A DNA stretch of 64,000 bases, taken from the NCBI GenBank assembly GCA_951406725.2, contig OX597821.1, positions 40,300,001 through 40,364,000 of the forward strand, read 5' to 3'. The stretch comes from Octopus vulgaris (lineage: Eukaryota). The translations under genes and the position numbers were made by a program. The notes under the pieces are model-generated. The model worked only from the letters and a program-made list of their open reading frames with translations, did not search any database and was not told the origin of the DNA. Within the stretch, counting starts at the first letter, position 1. The number at the start of each line of letters is the position of its first letter. Below are positions 26,763-40,660 of this stretch, piece after piece.

Positions 26763-26807
<45 letters not shown>

Positions 26808-26899
26808 ATATACTTACAGATGCACATGCATATATGCTTACGTATACACTGACAGACACACATAGATAAACATACAAATATACACACACAAACAAATAT

Positions 26900-27715
26900 A
26901 TATATACATTTAAACAAATATTCATATATATATATATATGCTTGCATTCATATATACATGTATACACATAAACATATACATACTTATATATGCATATTTG
27001 CATACATACATATCATATACATATATGCTTACATACATACACACATGCATATATACACATGCACACTCATACATGCATACACACACATACATATATATGC
27101 ATACATACACATACCTACATATATGCACCATACATACACACACTTACACACACACATACTTATACACATACATACATACATACTCACACATACATGCATA
27201 CACATACATACATACACACACATACAAACATACATACATACATTCATACATACATACACATACATACATACGTGCATATACACACACACATACATACACA
27301 CACACATACATACATGCACACATACATACACACATACATACACACATACATACATACATACATACATACATACATACATACATACATACACACACATACA
27401 TACATACATACATACATACACATGCATACATACATACAAACATACATACATACACACATACAAACATACATGCATATACACACACACATACATACATACA
27501 CACATACATACGTACATGCACACATACATACATACTTACATACATACATACATACACACACACATACATACATACATACATACATACATGCATATACACA
27601 TACATACATGCACACATACATACATAAATACATACATACATACATAAATACATACATACATACATACATAAATACATACATACATACATGCATACATACA
27701 TACATAGATACATAC
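26900..27715. repeat. long degenerate (TACA)n/(CA)n microsatellite
   Basis: Directly visible. It is the source of the 150-250 aa H/T/Y/I and M/Y/V/C ORFs. Confidence 0.95.
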
Positions 27716-28178
27716 CAATCGCATTTAAATAATTCCAGAAAATAATAGGAAGAAAATCCAATGTGTTTACGACACCTTTAAGTGAGATTACAATTTCACG
27801 TTACACAATCTCACTTCAAATTTACATACACCTCTCCAAATATTTACATACACACCTGCGTGTATGTTTAAATCCTTTGTAAAACCAAACCACTTCATCA
27901 ATACTATTTTTGTAGTCAGCAGCTATTTATTGCTGGACTGGATAAATGTTGCATGAAGATAAAAGACTCAAACAACTGTGCACTCTGTCCCTCCTCGGTA
28001 ATAGGAGTCCGTTGGTTGTACTAGATTAAGTATTTGGTTAGCTGGCTAGTTAGAAGATTCATGCCAGCACATCGACACAAACGATTATTTATTTCCAAGA
28101 CGTCTAACTCGGTCAGATTTGCAACAGACTTTAGAACAATCATTCATTTGAGAAACCTTGTTTCTCTCTCTCTCTAGT

Positions 28179-28227
<49 letters not shown>

Positions 28228-28420
28228 AACACAAACACACACACACAGACACACACACACGCGTGTGTGTGTATAGCTCTCCGTTTAATTTCTCTGCCTG
28301 TCTATATACTTTGCTACACATATACACACACATATATATATTATCTTTTATCTTTACAATGAAAAAAAAAATGATAAAATATCAAACAAAATGTTCTATA
28401 ACATTTATTTTCTGCTTCTA

Positions 28421-28655
28421 AGGCGGCAAGCTGGCAGAATCGTTAGCACGCTGGGTGAAATGCTTAGCGGTATTTCATCTGTCTTTACGTTCTGAGTTCA
28501 AATTCCACCGAGGTCGACTTTGCCTTTCATCCTTTCGGGGTCAATAAATTAAGTACCAGTTACGCACTGGGGTCGATGTAATTGATTTAATTCCTTTGTC
28601 TGTCCTTGTTTGTCCCCTCTATGTTTATCCCCTTGTGGGTAGTAAAGAAATAAGA
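28421..28655 (+). mobile_element. SINE type B, full-length young copy; older copy follows to ~28870
   Basis: ggcggcaagctggcagaatcgttagcacg...gagttcaaattcc...gcctttcatcctttcggggtcaataaattaagtaccag...gtgggtagtaaagaaata. Confidence 0.9.
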
Positions 28656-29149
28656 TTCGTTAGCAGGCTGGGTAAAGTACTTAGCAGCATTTTGTTTGTC
28701 TTTACTTTCTGAGATCAAGTTCTGCTGAGGTCGACTTTGCCTTTCATCCTTCTCAAGTCCAAAAAATAAGTGCTGTTTTAACACTGGGGTTGATGTAATC
28801 AACTATCCCCCTACCCCCAGTCCCCACACTTCAATATTGCTGGCATTGTTTAAAAATTAGAAATCAATATTTTTTTCCTATTTTTCAACATCAGTTCAAG
28901 AATGTTACAACTTTAATTTTCCCATTCTGGCATTTGTATCATTATATAAATTTGTGATGTGTTTATGTCATTGTAGTAAACATTATTTTGTGTCGAGGGA
29001 CATGGGAAACGAGATGAGCCATGCACAAACTGTGTCTATGCATTGAAAATGGTACTCATTTCACAAAGAGCAATCAACAGTATGCACTTCACAATATATG
29101 AGACAAGAGTAAGCAGTTGATATAGATGAAATCACCAGTTTATTCTTAT

Positions 29150-30500
29150 TAAATTATAAATTAAATTTTCTGTTTGCATTGAGAGAATAATGTAGAAGAT
29201 TTGATGAATGGTTTACCTCTTTTTTAGTCAACGAAGTGGAATGAAATTTGTTTCACAAAGCTAGAAATAAATGATTTTAATCTCTCTTGATTTAAGCAAA
29301 GTTCCTAAAATGTTTAAACAGAAGTAAATTAAACATCATTAACAATGTGGTCAATCTAATATATTTTAATTACTTTGAAGCTAATATTTCATGGCTTAAT
29401 TAATCTTTGGCGAATGTAGTTAAGGAGAAAGCTCCAGGTGTGTGGATGTTAGAAATTATGTTTAGATTGGGTCACATATTTAATAATATTCTTGAGTAAG
29501 GCAAAAATTTCCCACTAAGTGATTTCTTCAAAATCTATAAAGACTTAGTAGTTAGTCAAGAAAAGAATAATTTTTAATTAAATTTTAAATCACTTGAAAG
29601 CATAAAGTTGAATTTCCAAGAAGTGAAGATTCAGCTTTTATCAGTAACTGATCCTAATTCTCTTCAGTTTAACTGTTGTAAACTGCATGACATCACATTA
29701 TCATCTCTAAATGATTTTAGTTTCTGCATTTTTGTAGGAAAGAATATAATTTTTATTTCAAGCAACTATTCTAAGATTTTAGATAAGTTATTGAACTCTC
29801 ATTTGGTAAACAATTTTTTTTAAACCATAACAAGCAATTTGCTGTATCTCCAGGCTTTTATTTCTTTATTCTATGTTTATGTAGCTTCAGGAAGAAGAAG
29901 ACATCAGAAAACCGTTGAAAAATTCTTGTGATAAGCTTTACCTCATATGTATGGTGTAGCAAGATTTGTCTCTCATTTGCTTAGCATTTTATAAACTGAA
30001 GTTAAGTTGTGGCCAAACTGACCTGCAGGATCCAGGAAATCATTAACTCAAAGATTACATCACTAAATAACATGAAATTTTACAACAAAATTCTCTTTTC
30101 CTCTTCTACACAACGTAACCAAATATTTTTTCTTAGAGGAAACAACATGCATCTTTAAGCATAGAATTTCCTATAAAAACTAAATCTATCTCATTTCGTA
30201 CATCATCCTCTCAGATATGTGTGATGACAATGACTGAGCTTCAATATCCTAGAAAACATACGAGCTTACATCATCTGCAAGATGGCTGACATATTTTTAG
30301 GTTTTGGTTCTTATCCTGTCAATAAGCTGAGTTGATTATGCTATCTATTTACAACATGTCAGTAACTTCACCACAAGGGAGAAAACTACTGTCTGTGCTC
30401 AGCTCTGTACCCAGAATACATAAACACACATATTTCAAATAAGTAATTGGCAGAAAACTACTCGACAGAAAAATGTAAAAATTGAGGAAATTATCTGGAA
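29150..30500 (-). pseudogene. hAT transposase relic (ZMYM1-like), highly decayed
   Basis: Minus-strand remnants in the expected order: FSLVV....QL (~30330-30385), FLGY (~30250), PNL.I (~29470) and LNQERL (~29290). Confidence 0.5.
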
Positions 30501-30519
30501 CTGACGGCCTGTGACTCTA

Positions 30520-30960
30520 ATATCAACACCCACCATACAAAGATGACATGAAGCAATGACCTGTCATATTTAACACTCATTCACATACAGATGATATAAT
30601 CTTTCATTTTGCCATAAACTTCCCAAACCAGGCATCTTCCATGTGCAACTTAGACACTTCACATCAAATCTGATTCCATAAACAGAGGTCTTGAAAATCA
30701 TGCCAAACTTGTCTCATTTTTACCCCTCAAGTACTACTCATTCCAAGAAAAGATCAAATCACAGCACTCTAATCATGAGTGACACTTGACTAGTGTCTTC
30801 ACAGTCACTCCAAATGCTGTACCTCACTACAACATTTGGAGTGGAGTTCTCCTGGCTAAAGCTTATCGTTAACATAGGTCAGACCACATTCCCTAAACTA
30901 ACCCTTCTATTTGGGGTCAGAAGGAATTTCAGTACCAAACAGATTCAAGCATGAAAGAGT
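30520..30960 (+). mobile_element. CR1/Jockey-superfamily LINE RT-thumb fragment
   Basis: SWLKLIVNIGQTTFPKLTLLFGVRRNFSTKQ (cf. SW..HI..I...AS.KL..L.R.R..FS..Q). Confidence 0.5.
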
Positions 30961-31329
30961 GAAAATGAAAAGGAATAATTGAAGTCCACACTAGACAACT
31001 GCTCCCACATTTTCTATAATATTCCTACTACACATACAGCCATATTTGACTTCATCTAGAGAAGGGCCACTTGGCTGAGTGGCACCCCATGCACGTTGTG
31101 TAAGAACATCATCATTGTACATGTCCAATCTTCCATAGAAACCTGTCTGGCCAAGGAAAAATATTACCTTGCATGCAAAGCATGTGAGGATTGGCAGCAT
31201 GAGAGCATCCAGCCATAGAAAGTCTGCCTCAAAGAATGCCATCAGATCCATGCCAGCATGAAAGAGTAAACATGGTGACGACTGCCTTCCTTTTCAATTA
31301 AATATTCGAGAAGCAAATGTCCTTTTTCT

Positions 31330-31582
31330 TTTATTCTTTTATTTGTTCCAGTCATTTGACTGTGGCCATGCTGGAGCACCACCTTTAGTCGAACGAATTG
31401 ACCCCAGGATTTATTCTTTGTAAGCCTATTTTATCGGTCTCTTTTGCTGAACCACAAAGTTACAGGGGACATAAGCACACCAACAGCGATGGTGGGGGGA
31501 CAAACATAGACTCACAAACACACACACACACACATACGATGGGCTTCTTTCAGTTTTTGTCTACCAAATCCACTCACAAGCC
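31330..31582 (-). mobile_element. SINE type A, 3' portion
   Basis: cagtcatttgactgtggccatgctggagcacc ... ctaccaaatccactcacaag. Confidence 0.85.
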
Positions 31583-31889
31583 TTTATATAAAAAAAATAC
31601 ATTTTTGGTATATTTTGAAGCTCTTAGGAATTCTTTGCTTCCTGCAGATGTTAACCAACTCTATCACATTCTGTAGGAAGAGGCACAGTTCATTACTGTT
31701 TGGTGAGTAATACAACTACTCGACTGTAAATTGTTATTATATTAATAGCAACAGTCTAGATTTTAGCTTCCAATGTTTGTAACGCAAAATCGACATTTCA
31801 ATGTTTTTAATATATTTTAAAGCATAGATTGAAGAATTGATGCAAATTTCGTAAAAAAAAAAAGTGGTTAGAAAAAGTAAGAAAGAAGT

Positions 31890-32132
31890 GGGGAGAGAGA
31901 GAGAGAGAAAGAAAGAGAGAGAGAGAGAGAAAGAGAGAAAGAAAGAGAGAGAGAGAGAGAGAGAAAGAAAGAAAGAGAGAGAGATTTAAAGAAGAATGTT
32001 TTTAAAAAAATCTAAAGTACTTTTGAATTCAACAAGGAAAATCTCAAATCAGAAGGAAGGTTTGATGTCTTTCGAGAAGTTTCAGCTTGCAGTTTTTAAA
32101 TAAACATTTCAGATTAGCATTTTCTTTTCTTT

Positions 32133-32218
<86 letters not shown>

Positions 32219-32225
32219 ACATACA
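31890..32225. repeat. (GA)n/(GAAA)n and (CA)n microsatellites
   Basis: Directly visible at 31890-31985 and 32133-32225. Confidence 0.9.
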
Positions 32226-33464
32226 TTTATTTATAGATTTTTTTATGTGTATTTCTAAGTTGAAAACCGTTTTTTTTTTCTGCTCAATGTACCTGAATTA
32301 CCATTTGTCTAAGTATAATGGTTATTGTGAAACGGCAACTAAACTTATTTCCATTGAACTAAGATTCAACACTTTAGTGACCTGGTGAATAGTATACAGA
32401 TTTTGGTGTATCAGTAATGGTACTAAACTACAACATTCTTAGTATTGACTTGAATGATCTCTCTAATGCAATCATGTTAAATGTAAATGTGATTTTAGTG
32501 AACTAATCAAAAGTTACTCACCACAACTATTTATCACTTTACTTCTAAATCTCTTCTGCAAAATTTGTTTTTACCTTTTTTTTTTTCTTTAGTTATTTTA
32601 TCGTTCTATAAATCTTGATGTCAACCTCCCGACTGAACTTTAGCAAATTTATGGCTTATACTGCACACCTTTCAAAGATGTTAGTCTCCTGCAAAGTAAG
32701 CTTCCATTTATGGTTCCACTGTGACAGAAATATATAGGGTTTCCTCTATTTACACTTCAGGAACCATTTCATTCTTAACAATGCCATCAACTCCACGATA
32801 ATATTTCATTCGGTAGAAAGTCTACATAAGCAATACATTCTTCAGCCTTGTATTTCAATGGAATGGTCGAGACATCCCAATGAACAACTCCAATGAATAT
32901 TTGTAAATTAGCATTTGGTAAAGGATAGTGTTTCGTCCCATTCTACTTTTGTTGTTGTTAGCAACACCTAATTCCAGGCAAGACGTTGGTGGCGCAAAGC
33001 AATAAATTTATTAAATCCTATACAGGAGACCAAGATCTTTAGTAGAACACTATGAGGAATTTAATAAAGCATAAGATCTTCATAATACCACAGGGTTACA
33101 AAATTCTTTGGCTATCTTTGGTAAACTGGAAATGGTACAGCAAGGGGGTGGGGAGAAGACTTTAAAACAACATCAAAAACATGTCTCTCATGCATGGAAC
33201 AATTCTTAGGTGGAAGAGAAAGACTTCATTTTCTCTTTTACTTGTTTACTTATATTTGTGATATATTTATATTTGATAGGCACAGCCGTGGCTGTGTGGT
33301 TAAGCAGCTTGCTTTGCAACTACGTGGTTTTGAGTTCAGTCCTACTGTGCAGCATCATAGGCAAGCATCTTTCAATGACCAGTGCTTTGTGAGGGAATTT
33401 AATAGATAGAAACAGCGTAGAAACTCATTGTGTGTGTGTAGGTGTGTGTGTGTGTGTGTGCATA

Positions 33465-33515
<51 letters not shown>

Positions 33516-33524
33516 TTATATATA

Positions 33525-34402
33525 TCTATATATATAAAACTCAACTTGTGTGTCTGTGTGTTTAACTTCCCGGCACATCTCCTCCTAGCCAATGAATCAT
33601 AGAACCACCAAAAATGGGTCACTTAAAGTTTAGGCAAATGAAAATTGAACTGCGCTATTTCATCTTGCAAGTGCAAAAATCGATAATGTGTTTGTTTAGG
33701 CCTTATCCCATGCATTGAATAGTGAACTTTACTCAGTCAGCTGTTTGACGTGAACTGTGTTCACCACGCTTGCAAGCATGCATAAATTGCATGAAAAATA
33801 AAAAATCAAGATATAAAAACGAATCACCGTAAACATTGTAGAAATTTGGCAAAGAAATGAATTTTCGGGATGTAGCCTGGAGGGTTTTTTCATATTAATC
33901 GTTTGGACTTTGTAAACACATACCAATTGTTTTCATAACATTTTTAATGCTTTGAATTAAATGTGACCATTTTGCGTTGAGTCTGCAGTTTGAATCACTT
34001 TAACCAAATTTTAGCAGGCCGGATTTTTGATCATCATGATACATCGTCAGCGACTCCCTGAAACTCTCCCCTGAAATCCCCATTGAGAAATACTGATCTA
34101 AAAGAATAATTCAACAATGCAATTATTTGATCAACAAAAATTTATGAAACGCTTCTACGTACATCCTATTGAGGAAATGGAACACATAAGCGCAAAAATA
34201 TAGGGCATTAAATGCTCGATTTTAAAACCAAAATAATTGAATTTTGATTGAACTTCATCCAAGTTTAGCTTAATTTCCGCGTGCATAGAACACACGAGCA
34301 CACATACGTACATTGTGTAAGTAAGTATTGATTTTGCACTCACAGATTAATCGATTTTCCTCAGTGCGATTAATAGTCACACAAAGCCGGGCAAAACTGC
34401 TA

Positions 34403-34403
<1 letters not shown>
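33525..34403 (+). mobile_element. non-autonomous Helitron (~880 bp)
   Basis: 5' A|TCTATATATATAAAA and 3' gccgggcaaaactgCTAG|T with a decayed GC hairpin (gtcacacaaagccgggc). Inserted between A and T inside a (TA)n tract, with no TSD. Confidence 0.75.
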
Positions 34404-34443
<40 letters not shown>

Positions 34444-34485
34444 TAAGCTGGAATCAACAAGGAGTACAGAGGAACATTTATTTGT

Positions 34486-34572
34486 AATTACTACAATTGT
34501 TTCCATGCAACATAGTTCTCCATGTTCATAAGTTTCTCTACATTGTGAGGTCATGTTGTTTCATCAGGTGAT
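34486..34572 (-). ncRNA. degenerate hammerhead ribozyme with long stem II
   Basis: Reverse complement atcac-CTGATGA-aacaacatg...tatgttgcatg-GAAA-caatt-GTA-gtaat. Both core boxes are intact, but the stem II closing pairs are lost. Confidence 0.6.
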
Positions 34573-34636
34573 ATATACATTTAATTTCATCAGGTGATAT
34601 ATACATTTAATTTCATCAGGTGATATATACATTTAA
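34559..34636. repeat. 3 x 26-bp perfect tandem repeat
   Basis: tttcatcaggtgatatatacatttaa three times. Confidence 0.95.
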
Positions 34637-34831
34637 TTCTTTCTGTGTTCTGTGAACTCAAATTTATATATATATATATACACACACATATATATATATA
34701 TACAATAATAATAATATTAGGGAGTAAATCCAAACTTATAGGGAAAAATTATAATTTTATCTTATATTAAAATTTTAATACTTTTTGATAGTTTTATATA
34801 TATATTAAAAAAAATAATAAAAATAAAAATA

Positions 34832-34874
<43 letters not shown>

Positions 34875-35053
34875 AATTTATAAGTATAAATTAATAATTT
34901 AAAAAATTTTTTAAATTTTAACTTTAAATTTAAATAATTTAAATTTTGAATTTTATATTTCATATATTTGTATATTATATTAATTAATTTATTTCTATGT
35001 TTTGGTTTATGTTTTTCACTGTTTGATTTGCCTAATAGTGGTTTTATCTCTAA

Positions 35054-35130
<77 letters not shown>

Positions 35131-35644
35131 TAGATATATATATATACATATATATATATGTATGTATATGTCTCTCTCTCTCTCTGTATTCACTCATGTG
35201 TACAATAACGATAATTCTTACTCACTATTAAAGCATTAAAAATCAGTTTTCTCCTAATATTTTACTTAAATTTCCTACCATGTTCCACATGAGGTTTCTT
35301 TAAATTCCACGGAAATTGGCTCAAAACTTCTGACTGTTTAACCTATGGTTAGCAAACATTATGAAAGTTCAGTAGATTTATAAGTTACATCCTAAATTCC
35401 AGCTGACATTGTATCTGGATTTTTTAACAATAACGTGGCATAAAGAAGAATATTGTAAAATAGCAGAGAAACCTGGTCTGCCTGAAGACAATATCCAAAA
35501 TAAAGCTTCTCAAAGACTAGTTACTTTATTCATGTTTTATCAGCAGAGAATTCATATGACCGAGATGGCTTGAGGCAGTGAACCAGACGGAGATCACTTT
35601 ACTTAACATATAAAACACTATTTCAAATTTGAACCACAATCGGA

Positions 35645-36035
35645 CCTACCTACATACTACCTACCTACCTACCTACCTACTACCTACCTACCTACATACA
35701 TACATACAAACATACAAACATACATACATACATACATACATACATACATACAAAACCAAGTGCACAAGCACATACACACACAGAGGTATAGACATATACA
35801 TAGATATAGATCTATATATATGTACACAGATTCGTATGTATATATATGTATGTTGAATGTATGTTGTATGCATATATGCCTGTTTGTTACATATATGTAT
35901 ATGAGTATGTTATATCCATGTATGTATGTATATACATGCATATACATATATATATTTATATATAACTGTATATATGTATATATTTTATATATATATACAT
36001 ATTTATATATGTAAATATACACATACGCACATGTA

Positions 36036-36088
<53 letters not shown>

Positions 36089-36165
36089 ATGTATATGTAT
36101 GTGTATATATGAATGTAAGTATGTATATCTATCTATGTACCTATATGTATATATGTATATATATG

Positions 36166-36226
<61 letters not shown>

Positions 36227-36360
36227 GCATATATGTATGTATGTATGTATTTATTTATTTATGTATGTATGTATGTATGTATGTATGTATGTATGTATGT
36301 ATGTATGTATGTATGTATGTATGTATGTATGTATGTATGTATGCACGTATGTGTGTATAT
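35645..36360. repeat. compound (CCTA)n/(TACA)n/(TA)n/(TATG)n microsatellite field
   Basis: Directly visible. Confidence 0.9.
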
Positions 36361-37078
36361 TTGGTAAAATCACTGAAAATCAGAATCTATTATACCAAGA
36401 GGACAATGAAAATAATCATTTTCAAACAAATGATATAAATTCAGAGATTTTCTAATGTTTTGATTTCTCTTTATCAAAGACTCTGTAGAATCGGTAACAA
36501 TTTCTTCAATCATCCGCATTTTACCTGTGTTTGCCATGCTTGCTGGCTATCCCCTTCTTCCTAAGGTATCCACAACATTTTTACTGAATTACATGCTAAT
36601 TTCACAACATCAATTATTGTAGACAGCTACCTATGACCTTTAGATTTTCTTTGCATTTCCATTTTTTTTCTCTTGTATTCTTTCAATGCAGCATGAATCT
36701 CTGAGTAATTTATTGATGTTACGCTTGATTGAAGCCACAGTCCAAACTAAACAAATGTAGGCAAATGTTATTTTGAATTTCCTTGGTTCTGTTCTTAATT
36801 TGTTTATTTTTCTTTATATTATTGGCGTTCTGTCAACTCGGTAAGAATGCATAGAAAGTTGGTTCTTATTTTTCCCTAGTTCATCAAATCTAATTAAATC
36901 GTTGGGAATTCTTGAAAGAAGTCGAAAGATCTCAAATCAGTTCAAACTTTACTTTTCGAACTTGTCTGTTTGGATCTTTGAACAGACATTTTAGGAAAGT
37001 ATTCCATGCAAATATAATATTTTATTAAAGTAGTCTATGTTAATAATAACAAAACAATTTGCAGCAGCAGCAACTGTA

Positions 37079-37112
<34 letters not shown>

Positions 37113-37959
37113 CAGCAGTAGTAGTAGCAGCAGCTGCAGCTGTCCAAGAATTTGAACCTGGAGATCTCCATTTCCAGCGACTTCGAGGGCCACCTCCCAG
37201 TGGTGTCAGGCGTCAACGAGGAGACCTCGACTACAACAAGACAACCAAAGTTTATTTTTTCAAAAGGTCTGGGGTCTCCCACCCCTAAGCCCTAGACCAT
37301 CACCTAATCACCTTTACCCATCTTGTTGCTTAACAACAACAACAACAACAGCAGCAGTAGCAGTACTAGTACTACTAGTAGTAGTGGTAGTTGTTGTTGC
37401 TGTTGTAGTTCTTCTCCTTCTTCTCCTCCTCCTCCTTTTTCTTTTTCTTTTTCTTCTTCTTGTAGTGATGGTGATGTTAATGATGATGATGATGATAATT
37501 TTTGCATGAGAGGCACAAAGACTGAAATTTCGATGGGTTGGGTGGTTGTGGGTTAGGGCTAATCAATTACATCAATCCTGGTAATTAACCCCTGCTTACT
37601 TGATCGACCCCTGAAAGGTTGAAAGGCCGAGTCAAACCTCAGCAACATTTGAGATGAGAAAGTAAAACCAGACGAGATGCTGTTGAGTACTTGGCTCAGC
37701 TTCCTAAGGATTCTGCCAGCTTGCTACATTTCTTTCTAATTTGGGGACAAGGTCAACAGTTTTTAAGAGTGGGTAATTAGTCAATCACATCGACCCCAGA
37801 GTTCAAATCTTATCCCAAAAGGATGAATGGTAAAGCTGTCCTTGGTAAGATTTGAACTCAGAACATAAAGATTCAGTAGAAATACCACCAGGCATTTTGT
37901 CCCCCGTGGTGATAATTTTACCAGCTCACCACTTTAACAATGAGGATGACTGCCATCCT

Positions 37960-38410
37960 TGCTAGTGGAGCGCTAAAAGCACCATCCGACCATGATCACT
38001 GCCAGAGCAGCCAACTGGCTTCCGTGCTGGTGGCAGTAAAAAACACCATTTGAGCGTGATTGCTACCTGTGTCGCCTTACTGGCACTTGTGCTGGTGGCA
38101 TGTGAAAAAGAAAACATTCAAGCAAGGTCGTTGCCAGTGCCGCTGAACTGGCTCCTGTACAGGTGGCATGTAAAAAACACCATTTGAGTGTGGCCGTTGC
38201 CAGTACCGCCTGACTGGCCCTTGTGCCGATGGCATGTAAAAGCACCCACTGCACTCTTGGAGTGGTTGGCATTAGGAAGGGCATCCAGCTGTAGAAACTC
38301 TACCAGATCAGATTGGAGTCAGGTGCAGCCATCTGGTTCACCAGACCTCAGTCAAATTGTCCAACCCATGCTAGCATGGAAAGCGGACGTTAAACGATGA
38401 TGATGATGAA
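37960..38410 (+). mobile_element. RTE LINE 3' UTR with about five subrepeats
   Basis: Repeated gtgc.ggtggca.gtaaaa..cacc units, then ggttggcattaggaagggcatcc and (GAT)n. Confidence 0.85.
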
Positions 38411-38589
38411 AATAATAAGGTGTTTCTAATGCAGGCACAAGGCCAGAAATTTTGAGGTGGGGAGGGGGAGTTGTTGATGCTATTGATTCCATTCCTTGAT
38501 TGGTAATTCATTTTATTGATCTTGAAAGGATGAGAGACAAAGTGGACCTTTGGGGGCCGGGGGGAGGGAGGCATATAGTTTCAGAATTT

Positions 38590-39000
38590 AAACAAAGAAT
38601 GCAAAGCATTATTTCTCAACTTTGAAATTGGTTGAAGAAATCATGAAGTGGGATGCAAGGAAGGATGGGGATGGGACATTTTTAGGAATTGTAGGTAATA
38701 AGAATGAGCTGAGAAGTGGTGAATGTTGGAGAATCTTCTTCAACATAGCAGAACTGAAGAGTCATAGAAGAGGCCATGTACAAAGAATTGACTCGGATTA
38801 CACCATGCACAGCATAGCAACATGTCATGAATGTAGCAATGTTTGTCTGTCAGGTGGGGAATAGAAACGTCCACATGAAAGTGCATGATGACCAACAGGT
38901 GGCTCCTGGTGTTAGGGGCAATCATGTATGTAACCCTAACATGTATGTGGGTCACTTGCTAGCCTGGAAAGTCACAATTGTGCTGCTCAAACAAAACCGA
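38590..39000 (+). mobile_element. LINE (RTE-like) C-terminal C2H2 zinc-finger relic
   Basis: ECWRIFFNIAELKSHRRGH, TCHECSNVCLSGG..KR(fs)HMKVH and a third LASLESH unit, with stops and frameshifts. No TGEKP linkers. Confidence 0.55.
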
Positions 39001-39089
39001 TTCTGAAGTGCTTCAGACAATGGCTACACTCAAGAATGAAGAAGCAGCCATCATGAATGTAGCTATGTATGTATGTATGCATGCATGTG

Positions 39090-39121
<32 letters not shown>

Positions 39122-39254
39122 TGTATGTATGTATGTATGTATGTATGTATGTGTGCCACATATATTTATACATGTATGTATACATATGTGTGTGTGCATG
39201 TGTGTGTATGTGTGAGTGCATATATTTATGCGTATATGTGTGTGTATATATGTG

Positions 39255-39294
<40 letters not shown>

Positions 39295-40399
39295 TATGGG
39301 CGTTATACTAATACATCTGTTTGTTTTGTACACCACCTGTTTTCGTCTTTTGCTTTATCGTGATTTCTCCCTATATATATATATATGTATGTATGTATGT
39401 GTGTATGTATGTATGGTTGTATGTATGTATATTCTATATTATATAAAGCAGGCTTCCCCATAGTTTCTATCAGCCAAATTCCATTTCCAAGCTGTTGAGA
39501 CATAATGTTCTGTATGCGTAAATGAGTGTAAACACCTACACAAATCGCTGGATCAAACAATTTCCCTTTATAATTTAATTGATTTGCCATAAGATTTTTT
39601 CAATTTGAAAAATTTACTTATTTTTCTAATTTTTCCTTCATTTCTGTTGTTGTTTTTCCTTCTCTTTGAAGATCTCTGTAGATTTTGTCTGATTTGTTTT
39701 GTTTGTTATTAATTTATCATTTGCTCTTAATTTATTTTATTTTCCGATGCAATTAGATAGTGCTTTGTTTTAGACTTTATGATTCCTGTTTCAGGAATTA
39801 AATATTTAGCACCTTCCAAGAAAGGAATGATTCTTTAAAGTGTTACAACAATCTGTGGGAAGCCAGAATAAAGAAAATTAACCATTCCATTAACTCTGAA
39901 ATATAGAACACTACACTGGAATTAACAGCCAGGATAAAAAATCTGGGTTCTGCACAAAAAAAGATTATTTCAGATGAAGACATAGAAGAAAGCTTAGAAG
40001 ACTACCCTTTAGTAAGGAACATGCCATTATTTTCTTTTTGAAGAATTTCGGTAGAAGCAATAGAAGAAATGTATGCAGGCACATTGTTAGAAATGGAACT
40101 TCATGAAATAATAAAGAATTTGTGCTCAGAAGATTTTGGTTAGAAAATAAAAAGTAACTTTACTGACAGAAATCAATTTCTTGATCTGTGTAAAGAAAAG
40201 AACCTAATTTTATTCCAAAATGTTATCTTCCAGAAGGAATCATGAATTTCCTTCTCCTGGTGGTACTTATCAATATCTGAGATCAAATTAAAAGTTCCCA
40301 GAATGCTGTCTAAGACCACCAACATGAAGATTTTGGTATGATGTGGCAGTGATGTAGAAGGATTTCAGCAGATATAATTTTCAGTTTTAACGCATGTTA

Positions 40400-40660
40400 T
40401 TCATCCTCATCCTCATCCAGTGTTTTAAATCCCAGGGTGGTTAGATCTACCTCAATGCCATACCAACCACCCTCACACCATCTTGCCATTTTGCCTCGTT
40501 TTGGGCGTCCTCCCTTCTCAAGCCAACCCTCCACCTGTCCCCTCCACATTTTCCTCGATCTACCTTGCTTTCACAGTTCATTTACCTCAAACCCAAGTAC
40601 CCTCCTCAGAACATGTTCTTCATCTCTCCTCAACACATGCTCATGCCATCGCACTCCATT
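40400..40660 (-). mobile_element. RTE LINE 3' end (second RTE family)
   Basis: Minus strand GVRWHEHVLRRDEEHVLRRVLGFEV...GRSRKMWR, with a (GGATGA)n tail. Confidence 0.85.

Noticed and set aside
26938-27761. Long ORFs of 150-250 aa on both strands
   Set aside because: They are translations of (TACA)n/(CA)n repeats that lack stop codons. The same applies to the YI, HT, CV, poly-D/N/M/L ORFs elsewhere.
32700-33010. Minus-strand peptides KYYRGVDGIV (Rab-like) and LCATNV...VVHWD (helicase-like)
   Set aside because: Short, in stop-interrupted frames, mutually inconsistent and without splice support. More likely chance or an unrecognised transposon relic.
38622-39000. Host C2H2 zinc-finger gene (a family expanded in octopus)
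   Set aside because: No TGEKP linkers, irregular spacing, stops and frameshifts. The AGLKSH-type fingers fit a LINE C-terminus better.
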